Position numbers and translations under genes: made by a program
Notes under the pieces: generated by a model
The model's database searches: none
What the model saw: only the letters and a program-made list of their open reading frames with translations
What the model was told of the DNA's origin: nothing
Assembly (NCBI GenBank): GCA_049582005.1
Contig: JBAUTB010000089.1
Span: 5,851 to 69,850, forward strand
From: Gloeobacterales cyanobacterium
Lineage (GTDB): Bacteria; Cyanobacteriota; Cyanobacteriia; Gloeobacterales; PMM-0068
Reading direction: 5' to 3'
DNA: 64,000 nt
Shown here: positions 10,501-19,281 of the stretch, piece after piece
Position numbering within the stretch: position 1 is the first letter of the stretch
Layout: every line of letters starts with the position of its first letter

Positions 10501-12123
10501 CTAAGCTCCGGTCACAATGGCCTTAAAACCCTGAGAATTAAGCTGTTTAATGACCTGCTGGGCACTTGATTCAGAAGAAAATACGCCGACCTGGAGCACC
10601 GTGCGCCCTTCGTATTCCCGGTGAAAAGGGTTTTTCACAAATTGCTTGAGTTTTTTCAAGTCAGGGGAAGCATCAGTGATCAAAACCCTATATTTCCCCG
10701 TTTCTAAGGAAGACTGTTGGACCGGAGTAACTACAGGCTTGGAAGGCAGCGGCTTATTAATCTTTGGCTGGGTTGGCTGGACCGTGAGTGGAGGTGGAGA
10801 CGAACGGACTTGAGTGTTCTCAGACTGTAGAGAAGGAGGAGTCGCCACGGGCTGAGGAGGGAGGGGCTTAACCGCTGGTGTCTGTAAATTTCCAGGAGGG
10901 AGGGGTTTGGGAATGGCTGGAGGAACAGGAGGAGGAGTGGTTGGTGCCGGTAAAATTGGAATTGCTGATGTTTGTGGTTTGGCTAAAGGGAACTGACTGG
11001 GCGGCGCAGGCGGTAGCTTCTTCTGACTGGGTGAGCTGGGAGACGCCGTAGCCGTTGATGTGGCGGGAATAGTGGTTGGAACCACTACAGAAGCCGAAGG
11101 AAGGGTGGGGGCACTCTTAGCCGCTACCAAAGTTGGATTATCACCCTGAATATTGCCCAGGAACTTCGGTTTGGCGGTATGCTCATTGCCCATGGCCACT
11201 ATAGAGATTTGAGAACGGGTGGCATTGTTAATGTCTGACTTGACATTTTGATGGAAGTAGTTCGCACCCCGTTCTGTAGGGGTGCCCAAGTTAGGCTGGG
11301 CTTCTCCGACAATGGCAATTCCACTGCGACGATTGCGCTCAATGCGGTTGCCCCGAAGCGTAGGCGTCGATTTGCCCAGGATCACAATTCCATCCGCATT
11401 GTTGACCACCAGGTTATCCTTAACAAGAGGACTAGTCTTTTCATCGATATTTAACGCAAATCCGGTGTCTTCAAAAACATTGCCTTGGATTAAAGGACTA
11501 GCCGTGCGTAGCAAAGTGATTCCATCCGAGGGATTCTTGTAGAAGAAATTGTCGGTGACTTTGCCTGTGGCCGCACCCGTCATCATAATGCCGTCATTCC
11601 CCGAGCCTGTGAGGGTATTGCGATTGATCGTTGGGTCTGTTCCTTCAGCCCAGATGCCATAGCCTCTTTTTTGGGGGTTGGAAATGGTCAAGCCTTGAAT
11701 GGTTGTTCCTTTCTGCGCGACGATGCCAACAATTTGTCCGGCCACCGTGGGACTCAGGAACTTACCCCCACCCAGAATCAAGGTGTCTTTGCCTCGGCTA
11801 TTCACATCGCCTTGGAGCGTAACACCAGAACCTACGACCAACGGGAATACCTCACCGTTGGCTTCATCATATTTTCCTGGTTGTACTTGGATCACGGTGC
11901 CGGGAACAGCAGCTTGGAGCGCGGCTGTAATCGTTTTAAAAGGAGCCTGGGCATTGCCTGGGCCAACACTATTCCCTTTCGCCGCATCTACATATAGGGT
12001 AGTCACAGCTTGCGCCTGCACTTGTTGAAAATGTTCCAAGCCCATGTGAGGCACAGGAATGATTGAAATTCCAAGCGAGAAGCTAAGGACCAAAGTAGAA
12101 GCGATAAAGGAGCGGGTACGCAT
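10501..12123 (-). CDS. secreted right-handed beta-helix protein (DUF1565/pectin-lyase fold) with Pro-rich linker and C-terminal SPOR-like domain
   Basis: N-terminal signal-like segment. Repeated G-x-G/N-x-I beta-helix strands (GNVFEDTGFALNI, DNLVVNNADGIVILG, GNRIERNRRSGIAIVG). About 120 aa of P/T/S-rich low complexity. C-terminal YRVLI..VLQVGVFSSESSAQQVIKQLNSQGFKAIV. Confidence 0.75.
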   Translation of the reverse strand: MRTRSFIASTLVLSFSLGISIIPVPHMGLEHFQQVQAQAVTTLYVDAAKGNSVGPGNAQAPFKTITAALQAAVPGTVIQVQPGKYDEANGEVFPLVVGSGVTLQGDVNSRGKDTLILGGGKFLSPTVAGQIVGIVAQKGTTIQGLTISNPQKRGYGIWAEGTDPTINRNTLTGSGNDGIMMTGAATGKVTDNFFYKNPSDGITLLRTASPLIQGNVFEDTGFALNIDEKTSPLVKDNLVVNNADGIVILGKSTPTLRGNRIERNRRSGIAIVGEAQPNLGTPTERGANYFHQNVKSDINNATRSQISIVAMGNEHTAKPKFLGNIQGDNPTLVAAKSAPTLPSASVVVPTTIPATSTATASPSSPSQKKLPPAPPSQFPLAKPQTSAIPILPAPTTPPPVPPAIPKPLPPGNLQTPAVKPLPPQPVATPPSLQSENTQVRSSPPPLTVQPTQPKINKPLPSKPVVTPVQQSSLETGKYRVLITDASPDLKKLKQFVKNPFHREYEGRTVLQVGVFSSESSAQQVIKQLNSQGFKAIVTGA

Positions 12124-12170
12124 AAAATCCTCACAGGGTTTTACGACAGAGGTAGAGAAATACTAACGAA

Positions 12171-12190
12171 ATTTATCCTATCAGATAAAT
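12171..12190. repeat. 7-bp perfect inverted repeat ATTTATC-N6-GATAAAT in a divergent promoter region
   Basis: Read directly from the sequence. It lies 48 nt upstream of the beta-helix/SPOR gene start and about 210 nt upstream of thiE. Confidence 0.3.
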
Positions 12191-12397
12191 AGATAGTTTG
12201 CATGTCAAAATACTGTCTGGGCCTATCTTTCATTGAATAAAATGAGTTGATGTTTTATATCTTAAAATAGATTCATACTTGTCTACTTAGCTCAACTGCA
12301 TAGCAAAATTTTCAGGGGCTTTAGAGTCCTGTTAACGCATAGATACTAAGTTCCTCAACGTTGGAATTTAGGTTAATTTGAACATAATGTGATAAAT

Positions 12398-13453
12398 ATG
12401 GACTGTCTATTGTCTCCTTTAGTTCCCGAAAAAGCCCTCCTACGTATTCTCGATGCCAACCTGGACCGTGCTCGTGAGGGCATCCGTGTAGTGGAAGAAT
12501 GGGCTCGATTTGCCTTAGAAAATGGGAAGCTGGTGGATGAGTGCAAGTCTTTCCGCCATGAGTTGGCAGCTTTGCAATCTCCAACTATCTGCCAGAGTCG
12601 AAATACCCCGGAAGATCCAGGCACTTCCCTTTCTCATCCGGACGAAGAAAAACGCTCTAGTCTAACAGGGGTAGTCCGCGCTAATTTTGTGCGCACCCAA
12701 GAAGCCCTCAGAGTTCTGGAAGAGTATGGCAAACTCTATGATGCTTCCTTCACCGCCCGTATCAAAAATCTCCGTTATCGGGTGTACACCCTAGAGCAGG
12801 TATTCAATCAATCCATGTCTACGGCCCAGCAAGTCCTTGGGCAATGCCGTTTATATCTGGTGACTTCTCCTCATCCCAATTTAGTGGAAGTAGTCGAACA
12901 AGCTTTGCTCGGGGGGGTTCGCCTGGTTCAGCTTAGAGAAAAAAATAGGAATGACCGCGAAATTATGCGTTTGGGGCGAGCCCTTAGAAAGCTCTGCACT
13001 GACCACGGAGCCTTATTTATGCTCAATGACCGACCAGATTTGGCCCTGGCCCTGGAATGTGATGGGGTTCATGTTGGGCAGGAAGATGCGGGAGTGGCCT
13101 TGGCCCGACGCATTCTGGGTGCTGATGCAGTGATTGGGCGCTCGACACATCGTCCGCCGGAAGCGATGGCAGCCCTGGCCGAGGGAGCAGACTATATCGG
13201 AGTAGGGCCTGTCTATGCGACCCCAACCAAGGCAGGAAGAAAACCGGTCGGCTTGGAATACGTGCGCTACTGTGCGCAACACATCGCCTTACCGGGATTT
13301 GCAATTGGCGGTCTTGACTTGGAAAATATAGATAAGGTGCTCCAAGCGGGAGCGACGAGGGTCGCTGTCGTTCGCGCTATCATGGATGCTCCCGACCCCA
13401 AACAGATTACCCAACAGTTCTTAGAGAAGCTCCATGCTCAGCCTCAAGGTTAA
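12398..13453 (+). CDS. thiE: thiamine-phosphate synthase, long cyanobacterial form with N-terminal extension
   Basis: C-terminal TMP-TENI domain (LYLVT, VQLREK, DRPDLALA, DGVHVGQED, GADYIGVGPVYATPTK, IGG). First ATG at 12398; the track starts at GTG 12389. Confidence 0.85.
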   Translation: MDCLLSPLVPEKALLRILDANLDRAREGIRVVEEWARFALENGKLVDECKSFRHELAALQSPTICQSRNTPEDPGTSLSHPDEEKRSSLTGVVRANFVRTQEALRVLEEYGKLYDASFTARIKNLRYRVYTLEQVFNQSMSTAQQVLGQCRLYLVTSPHPNLVEVVEQALLGGVRLVQLREKNRNDREIMRLGRALRKLCTDHGALFMLNDRPDLALALECDGVHVGQEDAGVALARRILGADAVIGRSTHRPPEAMAALAEGADYIGVGPVYATPTKAGRKPVGLEYVRYCAQHIALPGFAIGGLDLENIDKVLQAGATRVAVVRAIMDAPDPKQITQQFLEKLHAQPQG

Positions 13454-13637
13454 TGGTGAATCCCATGAATGTCCTGAATCCACGACAATATTGGGACTGC
13501 TTGAACAACTCTCTTTTCCACCCCAATTGGTTGTCATCGAATACAACCGAGATATTCTCCATCGCCAAGATTGGGCCGCCACTCAGGTAAAAGCTGGGGA
13601 TGTATTGGAAATTGTCACCGTAGTTGGTGGGGGCTAA
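13434..13637 (+). CDS. thiS: sulfur carrier protein ThiS
   Basis: 67 aa, ubiquitin-like, with a C-terminal VVGGG. Overlaps the thiE end by 20 nt. Confidence 0.85.
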   Translation: MLSLKVNGESHECPESTTILGLLEQLSFPPQLVVIEYNRDILHRQDWAATQVKAGDVLEIVTVVGGG

Positions 13638-14008
13638 AAATCGTCCATATCTGGGGTGGTCATCGAACCATCCTCTCCACCGCCACCTTCCCGACGACTA
13701 CCCAAAAGTTCCAGACGCTCTACCTTAATCACAGGTCGCTCTCTGGCTTCCCCACTGGTCCGGTCATTCCAGCGCTGCATGTTCAAAGCACCTGTGATCC
13801 CAATGAGAGAGCCTTTGCGCACGTACTCTCCCGCCACTTCTGCCGTGCGGCTCCACATCTCTAAGGTGAACCAATCAGGCTGTTCATCCTTCTTAGTATT
13901 CCGGTTCACGGCCAGAGAAAAGGAACACTTCACCGCACCAGATTCAAAATATTTCATTTCCGGGTCGCTTCCAGCACGGCCAACAAGGGTCACAAGGTTC
14001 AGAGTCAT
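13634..14008 (-). CDS. ssb: single-stranded DNA-binding protein
   Basis: OB-fold N-terminus LNLVTLVGRAGSDPEMKYFESG, a Gly-rich linker and an acidic tail DMDDF. Confidence 0.9.
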   Translation of the reverse strand: MTLNLVTLVGRAGSDPEMKYFESGAVKCSFSLAVNRNTKKDEQPDWFTLEMWSRTAEVAGEYVRKGSLIGITGALNMQRWNDRTSGEARERPVIKVERLELLGSRREGGGGEDGSMTTPDMDDF

Positions 14009-14290
14009 AGGAGTGAGGTAAAGCTAGAAGCCTATTCTAAACCACCTGCGGATCAGGCTCGTGAGAAAAGTACGGTCCCAGAACTCTTGAGATCAGTCAC
14101 TTAATCTGATTGCTTTTATTAAGATAGAGCGTTTCTCGCTTGAGAGGAGACCCCCCTGAAAAGAATACTTGAGCAGAGAGTGCCCATCCCCCCTCCAGGG
14201 GGGACATAGGGGCGTCTTCTTGGAGCTAACCAGAAATACCCATTGAATTCAATTCACAAAAGTTATGTTACTCCCCCCACAATACTTCAC

Positions 14291-15340
14291 TCAATCTTCT
14301 TCATCACCATCTTCATCCACCCAAATTTGACCCGTATGCGCTGCTAATTTCTGGCGTTCTGTTCGTTTAGACTGGGCACGATGGATACTCTTCAGCTTAG
14401 GAATAGCCTTGTTTCCAGAAGCTTGAGACAAGACTTTTTCTAGAGATTCCGCATCAGCCGTAGCCGATTGGATTTGCCATTGTTGTTCCGCTTCTTTGAG
14501 AGCATCCAGATAGTATTCATGGCGTTCTAGATTGGCCTGTCGTACAGCACAATTCGGTTCATCTCGATGCAGACAGTCTCGGAAACGACAGTCTGCCACA
14601 TAAGGTCGAAACTCTGGGAAAAGATGGGCTACTTGCGGAGGGTCACAGGAGAGTTCCAGTTGACTAAATCCTGGCGTATCGGCCACATAACCCCCTTTCG
14701 GCAAGGCAAAAAGTTCCACATGGCGGGTAGTATGTTTTCCTTTCCCCATATAGTCCGAGACTTCCCCTGTTTTGAGGGTTAAACCAGGACAGAGCTGATT
14801 GAGCAGGCTCGATTTACCGACGCCAGAGGGACCTGCTAAAACAGTAATGCTCCCTTTAAACGCTGCTTCTAGCGCTTCAAAACCTCGCTGTTTTAAAGCG
14901 CTCACCGCAAATCCCTGATATCCCCAACGGTTTACCTGTGCCAGGATTTCCTGTTCTTGTGGAGCAGCCACTAGGTCCACTTTATTGATACAGACCAGGG
15001 CCTTGAGACCACTATGCTCTACTAAATTCAGAAAGCGACTTAAAACTACAGGTTCAAAAGCAGGTTGCTGGGTAGAAACCATCAAGAGCACCTGGTCCGC
15101 ATTCGCCACCGCCGGACGCTCTAGCAAAGACGTGCGGGGGAGAATTCTGGCGATTGCTCCCCGTCCTCCTTCCCAATCCGGTTCTTGGACCTCTACACGG
15201 TCCCCCACAAAAACCTGTTGCCCTGTCTTGCGCAAGCGGCTACGCACCTTACACAAAAGCTTCTCACAGGGCCAACCGCCCGGATCTAGCGTGACCCAAT
15301 AGTAATTAGCGAGGAGCGCTGTGACGGTACCGATAAGCAA
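14291..15340 (-). CDS. rsgA: ribosome small-subunit-dependent GTPase A
   Basis: Circularly permuted GTPase: NKVDL then GPSGVGKSSLLNQL. Zinc knuckle CRFRDCLHRDEPNCAV. Apparent TTG start. Confidence 0.9.
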   Translation of the reverse strand: MLIGTVTALLANYYWVTLDPGGWPCEKLLCKVRSRLRKTGQQVFVGDRVEVQEPDWEGGRGAIARILPRTSLLERPAVANADQVLLMVSTQQPAFEPVVLSRFLNLVEHSGLKALVCINKVDLVAAPQEQEILAQVNRWGYQGFAVSALKQRGFEALEAAFKGSITVLAGPSGVGKSSLLNQLCPGLTLKTGEVSDYMGKGKHTTRHVELFALPKGGYVADTPGFSQLELSCDPPQVAHLFPEFRPYVADCRFRDCLHRDEPNCAVRQANLERHEYYLDALKEAEQQWQIQSATADAESLEKVLSQASGNKAIPKLKSIHRAQSKRTERQKLAAHTGQIWVDEDGDEED

Positions 15341-15401
15341 AATAATGAACTACCTATTCTTTTTCTATTGTGCCTGTTCCGGTAGTCGCTAAACTAATCC
15401 C

Positions 15402-16274
15402 ATGACAGATTTGACGGAACAAGAGAAGCTACATGATTGTATTGATGAATGGCTGGATTATCTAACTGTAGAACGTGGACTCAGTAACCACACGATTCAG
15501 GCGTATCAGAAAGATTTGCGAGATTTTGCTGTATTTTTGGTAGACCAAGACTGGACCAAAATGGAACGGGGCGGCTTGAGCCGTTTCCTGCGCTATCTCC
15601 ATGGTCAAGGCATCAGCCCTCGCTCGATGGTCCGTAAACTGGCCGCCGTCCGTTCTTTCTATCGCTTTGGCAATCGTCAGGGCTGGGTTGAAGCCAATCC
15701 TGCCGCCGAATTGAATTTGCCCAAAACGGGACAAGCGCTACCCAGTGTACTCAGCGTAGAAGAAATGGAAAAAATGCTGGATTCCTGCGCCACATCCCTG
15801 GAACGGGCTGTACTGGAGTTGTTCTATGGCTGTGGATTACGAGTCTCTGAATTGTGTAGTCTCCGTCACGAAGACCTTAACCTGGAAGGCGGTTATTTGC
15901 GCTGTCTAGGCAAAGGCGATAAAGAACGGATTGTTCCGATGGGAGAAGAAGCCCAAGATGCTATTCAGTCCTACCTTTCCAAAAAAGCACCTTTTAAACT
16001 CGGAGACTTTCTCTTCCATACGGAGAAACAGAAAAACTTTAACCGTTTCACCGCCTACCGTTTGATTCAAACCTGTGCAGAGCGTGCCCAGATCCACCAA
16101 AAAATTAGTCCCCATACTTTACGCCACAGTTTTGCCACCCATCTTTTAGAGGGCGGAGCAGATCTAAGGGTTGTCCAAGAATTGCTTGGACACGCCAATA
16201 TCACGACCACACAGCTCTACACCCACGTTTCCCGCGCCAGAATCCGCAAGGTCTATGATGAGGCTCGCCGTTAG
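15402..16274 (+). CDS. tyrosine recombinase, XerC/XerD family
   Basis: N-terminal SAM-like domain (LTVERGLSNHTIQAYQKDL). Catalytic region GLRVSEL, HTLRHSFATHLLEGGADLRVVQELLGHANITTTQLYTH. Confidence 0.85.
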   Translation: MTDLTEQEKLHDCIDEWLDYLTVERGLSNHTIQAYQKDLRDFAVFLVDQDWTKMERGGLSRFLRYLHGQGISPRSMVRKLAAVRSFYRFGNRQGWVEANPAAELNLPKTGQALPSVLSVEEMEKMLDSCATSLERAVLELFYGCGLRVSELCSLRHEDLNLEGGYLRCLGKGDKERIVPMGEEAQDAIQSYLSKKAPFKLGDFLFHTEKQKNFNRFTAYRLIQTCAERAQIHQKISPHTLRHSFATHLLEGGADLRVVQELLGHANITTTQLYTHVSRARIRKVYDEARR

Positions 16275-16300
16275 TTTTAAGTACCCCCTATCTAAACGTG

Positions 16301-16690
16301 ATGAAAATTTTTGCCCTGAGACTTAAACCCAATCAAGATCTCAAAACCGAGCTAAAAAAGTTCACTTTAGAAAATAAGGTGCGAGCAGGGTTTATTTTGA
16401 CAACCGCAGGTTCTTTAAAGGAGGCTCGTTTGCGGTTGGCTAACCAAAAGCAAAGCACGAGCTTTGTTGAAAATTTTGAGATTATCTCTTTGGTGGGGAC
16501 TCTTTGTCAGGATGGCGTGCATCTCCACATAGGCTTAGCAGATTCTACAGGCCATACGATTGGAGGCCATCTTGAAGAAGGATGTGTGGTGCACACAACG
16601 GCTGAGATTGTCCTGGGAGACAGTAATACACATACATTCACTAGAGTCTTTGATCCCGACACAGGTTTCAATGAGCTGGAAATTATATGA
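16301..16690 (+). CDS. PPC (DUF296) domain-containing protein
   Basis: About 130 aa. FALRLKPNQDL..GSL....L......EI.SL.G......HLH....D..G...GGHL pattern of PPC/DUF296, recalled from memory. Confidence 0.65.
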   Translation: MKIFALRLKPNQDLKTELKKFTLENKVRAGFILTTAGSLKEARLRLANQKQSTSFVENFEIISLVGTLCQDGVHLHIGLADSTGHTIGGHLEEGCVVHTTAEIVLGDSNTHTFTRVFDPDTGFNELEII

Positions 16691-17124
16691 AACTAGTAGT
16701 AAAGGCTGTTGAATCGACAGAAGAATGGGCAGGCGCTTGTGAAGTCAGGCGCTTGGTTTTCCAGGAAGAGCAAGGAGTGTCTGCTGATTTAGAGTTTGAT
16801 GGAGAAGATGATTCTGCAAAACACTTTGTTGCTTGTTTGGATAGCAAAATAGTCGGAACAGCGAGGTTACGTTACTTGCCTGAACAGAATGCTGCGAAAA
16901 TCGAACGTGTTGCCGTTTTATCAAAATTCAGAAGACGAGAAATTGGTTTTGAGATTATGAACTATATTATGAATGACCTACAGAAAGAGGGTATTAAAAT
17001 AGCTAAAATCCATTCTCAAGAAAAGGTGAAACTCTTCTACCAAAAGTTGGGATTCAAACAACAAGGTCTGCCTTTTGATGAAGCAGGAATTAGGCATATT
17101 ACTATGTTGAAAGAGATATCCTAA
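16687..17124 (+). CDS. GNAT family N-acetyltransferase
   Basis: 145 aa. VGTARL....IERVAVLSKFRRREIG..I motif A and FYQKLGF. ATGA overlap with the upstream PPC gene. Confidence 0.8.
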   Translation: MKLVVKAVESTEEWAGACEVRRLVFQEEQGVSADLEFDGEDDSAKHFVACLDSKIVGTARLRYLPEQNAAKIERVAVLSKFRRREIGFEIMNYIMNDLQKEGIKIAKIHSQEKVKLFYQKLGFKQQGLPFDEAGIRHITMLKEIS

Positions 17125-17165
17125 ATTAGAAATCAAATTTATTTTGATGTGCATTTTTATAAATG

Positions 17166-17199
17166 ATAGCCATTCTTAATTGCATGAAATAGGCACCCT
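17166..17199 (+). repeat. 34-nt intergenic element, copy A
   Basis: ATAGCCATTCTTAATTGCATGAAATAGGCACCCT is 31/34 identical to 55807-55840 in the same orientation. The flanks are unrelated. Confidence 0.8.
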
Positions 17200-17323
17200 C
17201 TACAACAATCCCAATAAGAAGGCCCATCCCTAGACCTACAAAAAATGAAGGGAAGAGATGGACCTGGTACTCAATGGACTGAATCCTCACATCCTCCCCT
17301 TCCGAAGGAGAAGTTGCTAGGGG

Positions 17324-17971
17324 TCAAGCGCCCAGCTGAATATTGTTGAAGGTGATTTCGGTGTAGGTTTTTTGACCCATTTCCGTGCCGCTGACAATCT
17401 GTTTAGTCATCAAATAGTGACCGTCAAAGTCTTCGTAGATGTCTATGAACTTGAGTTGACGGAGCACCTGACCATCTTGGGGATTGGTAAAGACCGCATT
17501 GTAGGCGGAAGAAATATAGCCTTTGCCGGTGTCGATTTTCTCCAGATGGTTGATGGTAAAAGCCATCCGGCCCATCACCCGAGAGACCTGCACCACTTGC
17601 TGGTCACGGACTTTATAGTTAGAACCCATGGCATCGCCACCAACCAGAATAGCCACAGCCCCTGTAGTATCAGGCTCTCCATCGGCGGTAAAGGTATGCT
17701 TTCCATGAGAGGTTTCAAAGTCAGAGAATTTGCGGTGTACGACCACATCCTTCATTTGGTTGCGGAGCCACTCTTCTGCCGCTTGGTCATCAGTTTCAAC
17801 CGTCACTTCCATACCTTTGGTGACCGTTACTTTTCCGGTGTAGGTATGGTCTTTGAGATTCAATACAAAATCTGCGGTGTAGCCAGGGAAAGTTTTATCC
17901 CAGGTGTAGCGATTTTCATAGGCGCTCTTAAAAAGTTCACGAGCGTCGAGTTGTGTAGTTGAGGCAGTCAT
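17324..17971 (-). CDS. DUF3386 domain-containing protein (conserved cyanobacterial)
   Basis: ARELFKSAYENRYTWDKTFPGYTADF pattern, recalled for DUF3386. ATG 17971 has GGAG upstream; the track's 18046 start is probably too long. Confidence 0.65.
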   Translation of the reverse strand: MTASTTQLDARELFKSAYENRYTWDKTFPGYTADFVLNLKDHTYTGKVTVTKGMEVTVETDDQAAEEWLRNQMKDVVVHRKFSDFETSHGKHTFTADGEPDTTGAVAILVGGDAMGSNYKVRDQQVVQVSRVMGRMAFTINHLEKIDTGKGYISSAYNAVFTNPQDGQVLRQLKFIDIYEDFDGHYLMTKQIVSGTEMGQKTYTEITFNNIQLGA

Positions 17972-18066
17972 GAATAGGAGTACTCCTTGTTGGAACCTTG
18001 AAAGCGTTGAACCTGCTAATTTATCCATAACAGGATTAACTCTCACCCATCATACCTGGAGGATTT

Positions 18067-18645
18067 GTGGTTCAGCCCCCTTTCCCTTTGCATACTTACC
18101 ATCGAGAAGTACTTCATCAAAATCCATACTGGAGCTATTGCAAGGACCGTTATGGCATCAAAGGTAGTCCAGCAAGCACAGAAAACTTGGAAGCAGACTA
18201 CTTCTATGCCCATACGCCAGGGTCTGTGCTTGTGGTGCCGATAACGGAACAGGGGGAATGGATTGTGGTCCGCCAAGACCGCTACCTGATGCAGCGAACC
18301 ATTTATGAATTCCCCGGTGGTGGAGTCCAGCCTGCGCAGACCCCTCTAGAGGCCGCCCAGCAGGAACTTCAGGAAGAAACAGGATTGCTGGCCCAACGCT
18401 GGGAAAAACTAGGAGAATTTAATCCCTGCAAGGGCCTGACTGATGAGAACTGTACCGTTTATCTAGCGCAGCAGCTTTCATCGGTGGCCTCCGGCTCCGA
18501 AGATCCCTTTGAACTGCTCCAAGCCGTGATCTGTAGCGAAAAGCAGATTGAAGATTGGATAGACCAGGGAGATTTTGCCTGTGGTATGAGTCTAGCCGCA
18601 TGGACGCTGGCCCGACGATATGAGGGGGGTGTTCAAAAAAGCTAA
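18067..18645 (+). CDS. NUDIX hydrolase
   Basis: Nudix box GGGVQPAQTPLEAAQQELQEETGL. GTG start with GGAGGA upstream. Confidence 0.8.
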   Translation: MVQPPFPLHTYHREVLHQNPYWSYCKDRYGIKGSPASTENLEADYFYAHTPGSVLVVPITEQGEWIVVRQDRYLMQRTIYEFPGGGVQPAQTPLEAAQQELQEETGLLAQRWEKLGEFNPCKGLTDENCTVYLAQQLSSVASGSEDPFELLQAVICSEKQIEDWIDQGDFACGMSLAAWTLARRYEGGVQKS

Positions 18646-19281
18646 ACATTCTTCAACGGGCGTCTTTTTAGACATTAACACCACCAATTGCTCATAGATA
18701 GCTTGATGGCTTTCGAGTAAATCATGGGCCCGGGTGACATAGAGGCGGTATAAATCAGGGTTTTTCTTGGCCTGTTGTAAACAGAGGCGGACTTTTTCCA
18801 AGTCATCACTACCGCCCCACACAGAATCAAAAACCCTTTGCTCTGCCGCAGGACCCGCCATCATCGCCACACAGTATTGCTCGACTTTACTCCACGGAGC
18901 TTTTTGGGTAAAGGTAAGGATAGATTCCTGATCGGGAACAACCCCTCCACTGCCCATGTCGCCCTTCTTGTAGATATCCCAAGCATCGAGGCTGTAATCC
19001 ACAATCTTGATGCCGACTAAATGACTCACCAGAAAATGCCCGGCTTCATGGTGCAACACCCTACTTTTATGTTCTGGGGCCAGGTCCTGGAGCACCCCCA
19101 AGAGCAAACGGATATGACGGGATTGAAATAGAAACTGGTCTAGGACTAAAGCGCCTCCCACCACCACAATAAAAAACGCAGGAAGCCAAGGAGAGATGCC
19201 TAACAGCGGCCCAAAGGTAATAATGAGTGTCGTCACCCCCACGAGCAAAGCGCCAATAGCCGATCCATCAATTCGTTTCAT
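18592..19281 (-). CDS. membrane zinc metallopeptidase-like protein (HEAGH motif, FtsH/M41 protease-domain-like, no AAA module)
   Basis: Two N-terminal TM segments, then LHHEAGHFLV and MAGPAAEQ, resembling an M41 peptidase core. Confidence 0.65.
   Translation of the reverse strand: MKRIDGSAIGALLVGVTTLIITFGPLLGISPWLPAFFIVVVGGALVLDQFLFQSRHIRLLLGVLQDLAPEHKSRVLHHEAGHFLVSHLVGIKIVDYSLDAWDIYKKGDMGSGGVVPDQESILTFTQKAPWSKVEQYCVAMMAGPAAEQRVFDSVWGGSDDLEKVRLCLQQAKKNPDLYRLYVTRAHDLLESHQAIYEQLVVLMSKKTPVEECLAFLNTPLISSGQRPCG

Noticed and set aside
12124-12397. I looked for a TPP (THI-box) riboswitch upstream of thiE.
   Set aside because: I found no CUGAGA / ACCUGAUCUGGAUAAUGCCAGCG-like conserved core in the interval. 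It is simply AT-rich.
15402-16274. The tyrosine recombinase could be the integrase of a genomic island.
   Set aside because: Its sequence pattern fits housekeeping XerC/XerD. I see no adjacent tRNA, excisionase, att-like direct repeats or phage or plasmid genes.
17126-17227. ATG-initiated mini-ORFs cover each copy of the 34-nt element and all contain YFMQ. They are 33 aa on the minus strand here (MGLLIGIVVEGAYFMQLRMAIIYKNAHQNKFDF), 35 aa on the minus strand near 55806-55913, and 24 aa on the plus strand at about 9677-9751.
   Set aside because: Outside the nucleotide repeat the three peptides share nothing in sequence, length or charge. The conservation is at the DNA level, and the shared YFMQ simply follows from the shared core. 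The 55.8-kb ORF is also highly basic and non-hydrophobic, unlike the 17.2-kb one.
17372-17962. Long antisense ORFs inside confident genes, e.g. 196 aa opposite DUF3386, 171 aa at 1893-2408, 150 aa at 20282-20734 and 160 aa at 42123-42605.
   Set aside because: Each lies fully within a well-supported CDS on the other strand and has low-complexity Arg/Ser/Pro-rich content typical of shadow ORFs.
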